64,000 nt of DNA from Podarcis pityusensis. Lineage: Eukaryota. The stretch's first letter is position 1. Each line of letters begins with the position of its first letter. The position numbers and the translations under genes are program-made. The stretch lies in the NCBI GenBank assembly GCA_964106645.2, contig OZ067051.1. One strand, written 5' to 3'. Under the pieces are notes generated by a model that saw nothing but the letters and a program-made list of their open reading frames with translations, searched no databases and was not told where the DNA came from. Below are positions 48,491 through 59,136 of the stretch, one piece after another.

Positions 48491-48884
48491 CGCTCCCCTC
48501 CCCCCCTCACGCCGCCCGCTCCCCTCCCCCTCCGCGCACCGCCACCACTGCAGTCGGCGGGGGCGGCGGAGGCCGCGCAGCAGCCCTGAGGGGGGTGGCG
48601 GCCCGCAGTCGCCCCCCTCAGCGACGAAGGAGCCAGCCAGCGGCGGACTGAGGAGACCCCTCCTTCCCCTCCCTGTCGTCCCCACCACCCCGACAATATC
48701 CCTCCCTCCCGTCCCGGCTCCCCTTCCCGGTCTTCGCTCCCACCCAGCTCCGATTTGGGATTCCCCCGCCTCAACCTCCCCCCCCCACCCCCTTCGTCTG
48801 CTGCTGCTGCTTCTTCCTGCTCCTCCCGCAGCCTAGCAGAAGCCGTGCCGGCGGGGCGGGCGGATTGATGTGGGGGGGTCTGAC

Positions 48885-49010
48885 ATGAGTCCGCCGGCCG
48901 CCGGGTGCTGCCATGTGACCGGCTTCAAGGTGGAGAACTGGAAGCAGAACCTGAGGGTGATCTACCAGTGCTTCGTGTGGAGCGGGTCGGCCGAGACCAG
49001 GAAGCGAAAG
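48885..49010 (+). CDS. USP22: USP22 coding exon 1 (ubiquitin carboxyl-terminal hydrolase 22; gene continues beyond the window)
   Basis: [42 protein letters not shown]|gtaagg matches the USP22 N-terminus. Phase-0 donor. No exon 2 (AKSCICH...) was found before 64000. Confidence 0.93.
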
Positions 49011-49710
49011 GTAAGGGGGAGTAAGCGGGTTTGGGGTAGGTGTGTGTATGGAAAGAGCGACGGGCGCGCAAATGGCCATGCGAACCCCCAGCAGCAAAAG
49101 CGGGGCAGGCTCGGCACGGAGCGGTCCAGGCAGATTCTCCCTTTAATTCTCGGTTGCTGCGATTCCCCGCTGGGGGGCAGGATTCCTCCCTCTAACCCCC
49201 CCCTCCCCATTTCCAAAATATGCATTTAGCTCTTCCCCCACGGGATCAGTCCCGCATCGCTTGTCCAAAATTTCTGCTCTGCCTGCCCTGCCCCTAAACC
49301 CGCTTTTATTCGGCCGTGGGGAGAGCAGGAGAAGGAATGCTGATGGGGCTCCCAGTCCCCAGACGTCGAGGCTTTGAAATATGGGGGTGGCCGAAGCAGC
49401 CGCCGCCTCCTTTCCTGTTGTGGGTGTCGGAGGGCGTGAGGGTTTCCCGGAATCGGACAACTGCAGAGCACGCCTGGGAAGGGGAGGGATAGAGCAGGAG
49501 GGAGGGAGAAGCGAGAGCTGCCCAGACAGGGCAAAATAGCATGTCCGGCCTGCTTTTGTGCACTTGTGGGCTCCCCCCACCCCTTGTGTGTGTGTTCGGG
49601 TAGGGAAGGCATTGCTGAGGTATTTTCTTCAGACTGCCTCAATCGTGTATTTTCCTCAGACTCCCTCTCTCAATCGTGGGCTGTGTTTGACACGGAAATA
49701 GCTGCCTTTT

Positions 49711-49910
49711 NNNNNNNNNNNNNNNNNNNNNNNNNNNNNNNNNNNNNNNNNNNNNNNNNNNNNNNNNNNNNNNNNNNNNNNNNNNNNNNNNNNNNNNNNN
49801 NNNNNNNNNNNNNNNNNNNNNNNNNNNNNNNNNNNNNNNNNNNNNNNNNNNNNNNNNNNNNNNNNNNNNNNNNNNNNNNNNNNNNNNNNNNNNNNNNNNN
49901 NNNNNNNNNN
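49711..49910. other. Assembly gap (200 N)
   Basis: Run of N in USP22 intron 1; the true length is unknown. Confidence 1.
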
Positions 49911-50779
49911 GAAACATACATATACAGGCAACTCCACATTTGCACGTGTTTGGCACTTGTGCGACTGCTGACGTGTGTGCCATTTTTCACACCAGAAGGG
50001 GGTGGGATGGGCTTATGTATGTCCCATGGATGTGCGTGGTGCCTCGGAACGCAAGCCCTGCATAAAAGGGGAGTTGCCTCTATATAATTCTTGTTTTATT
50101 ATTGAATTTGGCTAGGCTTTACAGTCACAATAAGGCTAAAAATCTGACTAGCTGAAGTCAAGAACAGGAAACTAACAGGTTCAGTTTTGTTGTAAGTGCA
50201 GTAGGAAGGTAATTTGGGGGGGGGTGAGGGAAATATTTGGCCAAGTGGTAGGTATCTGATGGTTTGCGAGTTTACTGGAAAGGAATGAATTGGCACCAAA
50301 GTTTAATAAGAAGTGGCTAATATATTTTGATTCCTCAAATCTCGCATTGGAAATTTATTTTCTAGCAGTGCAGATTTTTGAGGCTTACGTTGCTGTTGGT
50401 ACATCTTCATATCTTAAGGATTCTGAAGACTTGTTTCTGAATCACTTTGTTATCAGAAGAGTGACGTAAATAGAACTGACTGGAAATGAGCAAGTTGAGT
50501 TAATTTGTCAAATCTGCCTATAACTTGGAGGACATGTCTGTTTTCATTCTGGAATGGATGGTGAGTTTTGGTAATCTGCTTATGACAGATGTGACACTGT
50601 CCCTGATAGTGTAAAGAAATAATTCCTGGGGAGGCTTATTGTGTGCTTTGTACTTTCAGCACTGCAGGATGTTTTGGTTTCTTGTATTTCTGTAGCTGAT
50701 GAAAAAGAAGGTTAAAATGCCAGTTGATTGTTTACCTATTATTTGATGGAGCATCTGAGCGCCTGACAACTGTCAAATA

Positions 50780-50980
50780 CAGTGGTACCTCGGGTTACAG
50801 ACTTAATTCGTTCCGGAGGTCCGTTCTTAACCTGAGGTACCACTTTAGCTAATGGAGCCTCCCGCTGCCGCCCGTGCGCGATTTCTGTTCTCATCCTGGG
50901 GCAAAGTTTGTAACCTGAGTTACTACTTACGGGTTAGCGGAGTTTGTAACCCAAAGCGTTTGTAACCCGAGGTACCACTG
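50780..50980. mobile_element. Tigger/pogo-like MITE
   Basis: Perfect 18-bp TIRs, TA TSD. Confidence 0.85.
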
Positions 50981-52208
50981 TACCCGTATGGAGGTAGCAA
51001 TCTACCTTTTTTTAGTTGCAACAAACTCTTGTTTGATAGTAAAGGCATAAATAAGTGCTCCTTTCTCCTTAGTGGAAGTTTTATTCAGGAACAGGTATCG
51101 TATTTTAAAAGCTCTTAACTTCTACCTCAAATGTTCTGTCTCTCCGTGGTTAGCTTTCATTTTAAACAACATTTTTGATTGTCCACAGATTGAAAACCTT
51201 TTTGGACCCATGGGCACACTTGGATTTTAAGAGTGCCCTGGATACTGCTCAGTCTGGTTGTTTCTCACGCCCCTTCCCAACAGAGAAAAAGAGAATGCAT
51301 ACACACTCTTCGCTTTTCCATGAGTATGGGTAAAAAACTAGTTCCAGTAGAATTTTCCTCTTGAATTTGCAAGGTTTTAAACAGAATCTCCAAACACTAC
51401 CATCAAATTAAAGCTTGCATGTTTGCACTGCATAGTCAAAAATAAAAACACAGAAGATCAGGATGAATCTTCATGAATTTTACATAGGATGACAATAGAA
51501 GCTCCAACAAATTACAGATCCCACCTGTGCCCACAGAGGTGACATGTTTGGTGATGGTATTAAAAAGAGCCCTGGTAAAAATTGTGAGGATTCATAAGGA
51601 TCTGTGTCTCTAATCTATGTTTTTGCATCATGGTAGTGCTGGAAAGCATAATATCCATGATTTTCAATGGAGATAGACATGATCTGTGATTGGATGCAGG
51701 GGGAGGGTGGGAACTTGTGGAAAACTATGCATTTTCAATAGGATCAGTTTTATTAGATTTGATGCATACTCTCTCACACACCATCTTTCTCTGTTCTTTG
51801 GCACTTCTCTCTCTTGACTTCTACTGTACTCCACCTTTGGCCTTCTTGCTTCATTTTTCTCCCTTCACTCCTACTTCCTTCTTTCACTTTTTCTCATTTA
51901 CTCAGGTACTGATCTGAGCCTTGAAATGAACTGAAGAAGTGAGAAAGGGAATCATTCTTCTGCACCTTCATCTCCATGTGCTTTTCAGGGATGGAAATGG
52001 GGAAGTAACCACCCTTTGTACCTCATTATGGAGGTAAAAGTAATGGAGAGAGAATTAGAGGCTTAATAGGCACTAGGGGAAGTCCTCAAGGGTCCATGGT
52101 GTACATATGTACTACTTTGGCAACTCCATGTTTAGGCTAACCCATGACTTCTGAATGAAAGCCAAGAAGAACTATTTGATTCTTGAATATTGTTGCCATT
52201 CAACTGTA

Positions 52209-52425
52209 CAGTGGTACCTCGGGTTGCAAACGCTTCAGGTTATAAACTCCGCTAACCCGGAAGTAGTACCTCGGGTTGAGACGTTTGCCCCAGGATGAGA
52301 AAGGAAATCACACGCCGGCGGCAGCGGGAGGCCCCATTAGCGAACGTGAGCCTCAGGTTAAGAATGGTTTCGGGTTAAGAATGGACCTCCAGAACGAATT
52401 AAGTTTGTAACCCAAGGTACCACTG
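52209..52425. mobile_element. Tigger/pogo-like MITE
   Basis: Same TIR family, TA TSD. Confidence 0.85.
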
Positions 52426-52813
52426 TATTTGCATTATTCAATTCTATTTGCATCACTTTGTTTGTCCAGTTCTTGATAATAGTAGCTTAAAATTTAGTTG
52501 CATTGTTTCAACATCATTAACAAACTTAATAGTGAACAGAATTGTATGAAAGAAACTGATGCTATGTTACTTTACCAGTCAAATATTTGAAGGAGTAAAT
52601 TGACTTGTTTTCTATACCAGCTGTAGATTGGGCCTGTCCAAGCAACTTTTTTTAGGAAATGCTAGAAATGTTATTGGATATCAATAGATATTTCTTGTGT
52701 TTCATTTGTGTTCTGTATGGAATTATACCTTGTAACTTGGAACAAACCTTTGTTTTTAAACATAGCAGTAGTTGGCTCCTGGGGGAAAATGTGGCTTCAT
52801 AAATCATGTAGGC

Positions 52814-53148
52814 CAGGGGTCAGCAAACTTTTTCAGCAGGGGCCGGTCCACTGTCCTATGCCCCACAAATAACCCAGAGATGCATTTTAAATAAAAGCAC
52901 ACATTCTACTCATGTAAAAACACCAGGCAGGCCCCACAAATAACCCAGAGATGCATTTTAAATAAAAGCACACATTCTACTCATGTAAAAACACCAGGCA
53001 GGCCCCACAAATAACCCAGGGATGAATTTTAAATAAAAGGACACATTCTACTCATGTAAAAACACACTGATTCCTGGACCGTCCGCAGGCTGGATTTAGA
53101 AGGTGATTGGCCGGATCTGGCCCCCAGGCCTTAGTTTGCCTACCCATG
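52814..53148. mobile_element. hAT-like non-autonomous element with an internal 71-bp tandem repeat
   Basis: TIRs CAGGGGTCAGCAAACT / AGTTTGCCTACCCATG; perfect 8-bp TSD ATGTAGGC at 52806-52813 and 53149-53156. Confidence 0.8.
52861..53066. repeat. 71-bp tandem repeat, about 2.9 copies
   Basis: Units start at 52861, 52932 and 53003 (ccccacaaataacccagagatgcattttaaataaaagcacacattctactcatgtaaaaacac). Confidence 0.9.
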
Positions 53149-53224
53149 ATGTAGGCTATACTATGCCTTGTTTCTGGATCCCTAGTCTTATAATCTTTTA
53201 AAATGTAAGGATAGAACCTATATA

Positions 53225-53346
53225 CAGTGGTACCTTGGAAGTCAAAGGGAATCTTCCGGAAGTCTGTTTGACTCACTTCTGGGTTTGTGGCATTTGGGAG
53301 CCAAAACATTCGACTCGCAAGGCGTTCGTCAACCAAGGTACAACTG
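53225..53346. mobile_element. Tigger/pogo-like MITE, different internal sequence
   Basis: CAGTGGTACCTTGG ... CCAAGGTACAACTG, TA flanks. Confidence 0.7.
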
Positions 53347-53427
53347 TATTGGTAGTCTCACTACACATTACCTAGCTTGAGGTTTATGTATCACCCACTC
53401 TTATTCTTTGCTGTCTGCTTAAATTTA

Positions 53428-53543
53428 GGGTGAAATCTAATGCTATTCTCACTCAGAGTAGGCCCCTTGAAATTAATGGATATGGCTAACTTAGGTCCAT
53501 TAATTTCAATGAATCTGTTCTGAGTAGAGCTGAGCTACTACCC
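53428..53543. repeat. Palindromic dispersed repeat (ctcagagtagaccc..gaaattaatg family; also near 1735, 7120, 16890, 59440)
   Basis: Internal inverted repeat actcagagta...tgaaattaatgg / ccattaatttca...tctgagt, recurring in the window. Confidence 0.55.
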
Positions 53544-54968
53544 TTAATGTTAAACTTATAAACGTCTAGTCATAATAAATTCAGATCCATGATATATTCA
53601 GCTGTTACTCCCTCCAGTAGTGAGGTTTGTAGAAGTACAACCCGCCCCTTTTTTAAATTTAGGAGCGCTCTCTAAATTAATTTAGGATTAATTTGCCTTT
53701 CTTTTAATCTCCTTTTGCTTGGAAGAGCAAGGCCACCCAAAATGAATTAGTAGAAGGAAAAATTATATAAGTAAATAGATATGAGTGATAGGTACATCAT
53801 TTAATTCCTTGGTTTTATTTTATTAAATAGGGGAATATACTTGGATTGCATTTTTATACTCTCTTAAAAGGAAAAGAATTTTCTTGAATTTAGTCTGATA
53901 GGAATAGTTCTGGTTGAAGTTCTCCAGCAGTTACTTGAGGCTTTTCTTTATATTTGATATTGTTATTTGAAGAATTGAAGAGAAATTAGAATTTTGATGG
54001 CTAAAGTGTAAGGTTTAGCTCCGCATAGATGTGGCTTGAAATGTACTTTTTGTCTTGTTAGTATTTGTGTGTGACATGCTGTAGGGCTAAACAATATATA
54101 TTTCATTTTGGAAAGAGAAAAAGAGTAGGAACAAACAGGGACTGCTTCTTTCCTGTCCCACTAATGTTTCTGTTAGATCCTTTCATTTGTGAAAATGGGG
54201 TACAGTCCTGCTAGCTGCCACTTATTCCTCTTTTAAGCAACAAAGGAGAACACTCCAGAGGTACGAGAAATTGTCTGTCAATTGTTATGAGAGGCCTGGA
54301 GAGGAACACTTAAAATGCTAAAATGTGTTCCATAATTAACCACATTAAAGTCTAGAATCATTGTGATGCTATGGCTGTGCACATTTCCTGGAGACTGGTT
54401 TCCTTCCAGGGTGTCTCACTTTAAAATAAAATAATTAATAGAATGAATGTCACAAGAAACAAAAATAAGCTATGTTTGTACACTAACATAGGCAGTACAA
54501 ATTACTTTAGAAGACACCCTTCTGCTTTGAGCCTTGATTGTCTGCTTCATTTCCTATTTAAAAGTATGCTTTAAAATGTCAGTATATAAATGATAGCTTC
54601 CTTGTTCAATGACTTGTATATGCAAATGTACCAATTATATGACTGCCAGACATGTAAGTATTTTCATACCAAAATTTATTGATGAGATTTTGTCCAGGGT
54701 CATGAGTCATGACTATAATGAGGGAACTGATTGTCCAGCAGTCATGGTGGTTGTAGAGTGCAAGTGTGTCTGTACAACATATGCTACTTAGGTACCATTG
54801 GAAGGATGGAGACCCTAGTGGAAGGGGTCAAGAGAGGAGAGAGACAAAATCAATGGTTACTGAGAAGAATAAATGATAAGAAAGATCTAGTCAGGACCCA
54901 AATAACCATGTAACTAGTTTCATGTGGCCAAGTGGCTCTTTGACTTGTATAGCAGCTCCTATGCTATA

Positions 54969-55194
54969 CAGTGGTACCTTGGGTTACAGATGCTTCAGGT
55001 TACAGACTCCGCTAACCCAGAAATAGTACCTTGGGTTAAGAACTTTGCTTCAGGATGAGAACGGAAATCGCGTGGTGGCGGCGTGGCGGCAGCGGGAGGC
55101 CCCATTAGCTAAAGTAGTGCTTCAGGTTAAGAACAGTTTCAGGTTAAGAACGGACCTTCAGAACAAATTAAGTTCTTAACCTGAGGTACCACTA
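54969..55194. mobile_element. Tigger/pogo-like MITE
   Basis: Same TIR family, TA TSD. Confidence 0.85.
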
Positions 55195-56397
55195 TATAGT
55201 GAATCTGAAGCAGCTTCAAAAGCAGTTTGTGTTGTCACAGGAATGACCAGATCTGGTAGCTTATAGGCCAAATATATAATACGAAGTGACTTTATTTGAC
55301 ACCCGCCCCCCACCGGTAGCCTTTCACATTCTTAGCAATATGTGGTAAAAAAAGAATTTAACTTTCAAAAGGGTTGTGTGTGTTTGGTCCCACACATTAA
55401 TGTTGGCATCCCTCTTTAGCATGCATGAGGCTTTGTCACAGCTGATAGCCATGTGCTCCGTTATACCTGTTGTGTATCACTGTCTTCACTGTGGCATGCA
55501 TCAAGGGGTGGGGAAAAGAAGTCAGGTTGTATGGCAACATATATCTCTTGGTTACTGGGTTGCAATCTGGAAAGTAAGAGTGGTTCCTGTTAACACAGAA
55601 GTTGGCTGTACATGTAGCATAATGGTTCACGGTTCAAAGAAATGAGAAAATCCTGCTATGTGCGCATGAACCATTGGGTATGCCTGAAGTAGTTTTAACT
55701 TTATAACTAAGAGTTTTATCCCAGTTTCTTCCAAGGAGCTCAGGATGGTGTACACCTGATCATCACCTTTGGCAGGGGCTTACTGGCTAGTGTGAAGTAT
55801 CTCAGAAGCTGGACAAAGTAAGACAACGGATCAGAAAATGGCTAGTTGCTGAACCTGTTCAGCATTGATCCCCATCTCCACCATGAAGAAGCAAAAGGAA
55901 ATACATTTATGGCAGTGCACTTCTGTTTTAAGTTTCATGTCTGAGAGCATAGTTGCAGTGATTACAAGCTTAGGTGGAGCTGCATTCCTTGACATGGGGG
56001 TTCTGAATATAAACAACTGATTCATAGGATAAGCATAGCAATTAGTAAGTGTCGGGATTAGTGATCTGTATTTCATCCCCGTTGGTCAGTGATATTACTG
56101 AGTTACAATCACTTCAATGTATACATCTGCAGCAATTGTAAAGTGGTAAAAGGAGATGAGAGAATTGGAAGATGTATATGGAATAACACATCTGCATTGG
56201 TCCTGGGGCAGTCAGATCTACACCTAAAAAAAATTAAAGCTGTATGATTCATTAATTCAAATAGCACATTCATGCCTCAGTCTAGGCATATTTTTATGTT
56301 TCCATGTACAAGTAAATGTGATTTAATTCTGATGAATTGATTTGCTTCTGGCAATTTGAAAGGTGACTTGATCAATGTGTAACTACCACTTGCAGGG

Positions 56398-56725
56398 ATG
56401 GTACGCGGGTGGCGCTGTGGGTTAAACCACAGAGCCTAGGACTTGCTGATCAGAAGATCGGTGGTTTGAATCCCCGTGACAGGGTGAGCTCCTGTTGCTT
56501 GGTCCCTGCTCCTGCCAACCTAGCAAGTAGATAAGTGCAAGTAGAAAATAGGTACTGCTACGGCGGGAAGGCAAACGGCGTTCGCCAGAAGCGGCTTAGT
56601 CATGCTGGCCACATGACCCGGAAGCTGTACGCTGGCTCCCTCAGCCAATAAAGGGAGATGAGCGCCGCAACCCCAGAGTTGGTCACGACTGGACCTAATG
56701 GTCAGGGGTTCCTTTACCTTTACCT
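56398..56725 (+). mobile_element. Full-length Sauria SINE with 14-bp TSD
   Basis: TSD TACCACTTGCAGGG at 56384-56397 and 56726-56739; (ACCTTT)n tail. Confidence 0.85.
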
Positions 56726-57135
56726 TACCACTTGCAGGGCAGTTCCCCTTAGCTATGTCCTGTACAAATAATTAAATATTCGTTCACATTAAAGAACAGA
56801 CATTAGTCCATAATCAAGCTTTGCTTTGAGTTCACATAGAATATTTTGTTGATAAATGTGAACTTGTGAACTTTATTAATCAACATTAATCAACATTCTA
56901 TTTCAGTTTCTCTCATCTGTTCTCTGGTTGCCTTGCCTGTGGTTTAATGGGTTTGAAATTAACATGCCTCTGTCTAGGAATCTTGAGAATCATCAGTGAT
57001 GTCAGTTCAGTTTTCAGAAACATTTCCCAGAAGTTACAGTAATATGTGAAGATTTTGAGATGTGGCATATCAAAGGTATCAGTCTCCAGAGTAGTTGGTA
57101 CTCTTTCAGGCCGGAATAAAGTAGCCAGATACTAT

Positions 57136-58020
57136 GTAAGGTAAAGGGACCCCTGACCATTAGGTCCAGTTGTGGCCGACTGGGGTTGCGGTGCTCATCT
57201 CGCTTTATTGGCCGAGAGAGCCGGTGTACAGCTTCCGGGTAATGTGGCCAGCATGACTAAGCCGCTTCTGGCGAACCAGAGCAGTGCACGGAAACGCCGT
57301 TTACGTTCCCGCCAGAGCGGTACCTATTTTTATTTTTTTTTAAATTCTCAAAGCTTTATTTGTTGTTGCATATCTTGGCCAGTAGGAATAACATAGCATT
57401 GATTAAAATTACATTTTGCTTAAGGTAATTTATGCCGTTGACGGCAAAGCATAATCTTCCAAGTACTGCTTTTCCAAGTAGATATGGCCTCTGCGTATGT
57501 GTGTCTTTTTCTTAAGGGAAGATGGCAGCCAGCAGTGCTCCACCAGCTGTCACTGCAGCTGTGGTAGCAGTGGACAGCCCAGCAGCACCGACTGACTGAA
57601 GCGCGGCATCCAGCGCTCCCAGCTGCTACTCCTCCACCATTGGCGATGGCCGCTGCCGACATCATTTTTGCAGCCAGAGAGCCAGCTGCAATTCCAGCTC
57701 CAGTGAAGCCTGCTGCTCCCAGTGCTACTGGTACAGCAATCGTGGCCACTGCCAAGCCGGCTGCACCTCCCAAAGCTGCAATTACTGGAACGCCCACCAT
57801 GTTGGCTTTAAGAGACCCACGCCTCTCCTCGGAGATCTGCAGCTACTTCCACCAGAGCGGTACCTATTTATCTACTTGCACTTTGATGTGCTTTCGAACG
57901 GCTAGGTTGGCAGGAGCAGGGACCAAGCAATGGGAGCTCACCCCGTCGTGGGGATTCGAACCGCTGACCTTCTGATCGGCAAGTCCTAGGCTCTGTGGTT
58001 TAACCCACAGTGCCACCCGC
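57136..58020 (-). mobile_element. Sauria SINE split by the IFI27-like retrocopy
   Basis: The 3' half (57136-57329) and 5' half (57852-58020) are contiguous in the SINE sequence once the insert and one TSD are removed. Confidence 0.85.
57330..57851 (-). pseudogene. Processed pseudogene (retrocopy) of an IFI27/ISG12-family interferon-inducible gene
   Basis: Intronless CDS 57800-57512 (MVGVPVIAALGG...GFTGAGIAAGSLAAKMMSAAAIANGGGVAAGS / LDAALQSVGAAGLS...AIFP*) with a 1-nt frameshift near 57610. AATAAA at 57360-57355, poly(A) remnant at about 57327-57341, 18-bp TSD at 57312-57329 and 57852-57869. Confidence 0.9.
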
Positions 58021-58894
58021 TGAAGTTTCTAGTATAAAAAGTTGAGAATTAAAGACTATCCTTATGACTTTGAGGAAACTCGAGGTCTCCCTAATTCAGT
58101 CCTTGGCATTGCAACATTTCTGTTTCATCCCCATTGTTTACCTAGTTGCTACTTAAAATATCTTCAGTGGATGAGATTGCTAGGCAACCTGTTACATTGC
58201 CCAGTTCTGAAAGCAGTTACTAATAATTTATATTAAATCTACTTTTCTGTACACACTCTGGGGCCACTGATAGTACCAGCAAACATTGATCTTCATGGCA
58301 GCCTTTTAAATAATTGAAGATCAGATTTCACATCTCCCTTTGCCATCTCAAACTGCTTCTTTTGTGTGCCAAACCTACTTGGTTTCATCTACTTATATCA
58401 TTTGTCCAGCATTCTATAGACTCTTTAATCAACCTCTTTGCTCCTCTGAATCTTCCCAATCGCTTTATTGATGTGGTATCAAAAAAGATGCATGTATCTA
58501 GCCTGTATATCAGGAATATTGTGAATTCTTTTCATTTTCAGAGTACTACTTCCTTTGTTGCAAGCTACACTGTTTCGTCTAGTCACTGTAGCAGAACCTT
58601 GCATCTAGAATACCTGATTCATTGTTTGTGGACTGTAGTACCATTATGAAAATGACTAGCAAGCTAAATTGTTGGCTTGCCATGCAGTAATAAATTCCTT
58701 CTTGGCCCTTTTGTAGCATTTACCTCAGATTTTTTTGCTCTTTTTTGTGTGCAAAATATTAAAGACTATAACAAAGAACATGCAAAGCTACATAGATACA
58801 TGTGCTTTATGCATACAGTGTTGTATAGAAGAGAATGTCAAAATTTAGGAATATTCTTTTAGTAGAAATGTGCACTCTGGAAGCAGATGCAGTA

Positions 58895-59136
58895 CAGTGG
58901 TACCTCGGGTTACAGACGCTTCAGGTTACATATGCTTCAGGTTACAGACTCCGCTAACCCAGAAATAGTACCTCAGGTTAAGAACTTTGCTTCAGGATGA
59001 GAACAGAAATCATGCTCTGGCGGCGTGGCAACAGCGGGAGGCCCCGTTAGCTAAAGTGGTGCTTCAGGTTAAGAACAGTTTCAGGTTAAGAACGGACCTC
59101 CGGAACAAATTAAGTACTTAACCCGAGGTACCACTG
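58895..59136. mobile_element. Tigger/pogo-like MITE
   Basis: Perfect 18-bp TIRs, TA TSD. Confidence 0.85.

Larger units (their letters stand above)
47400..49500 (+). promoter_or_regulatory. USP22 CpG island: promoter and GC-rich 5' UTR with four CCAAT boxes
   Basis: Very GC/CpG-rich. CCAAT at 47498, 47540, 47714 and 47757; (GCC)n, (GGC)n and GAG/GAA repeats. Confidence 0.75.

Noticed and set aside
47897-48688. 263-aa minus-strand ORF and neighbours
   Set aside because: Antisense reading of the GC-rich triplet repeats in the USP22 leader; no recognisable domain.
49566-50087. ORFs spanning 49.6-50.1 kb
   Set aside because: Artefacts of translating through the N gap.
52861-53066. CRISPR-like regular repeats
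   Set aside because: Head-to-tail tandem units with no unique spacers, inside a transposon in a vertebrate genome.
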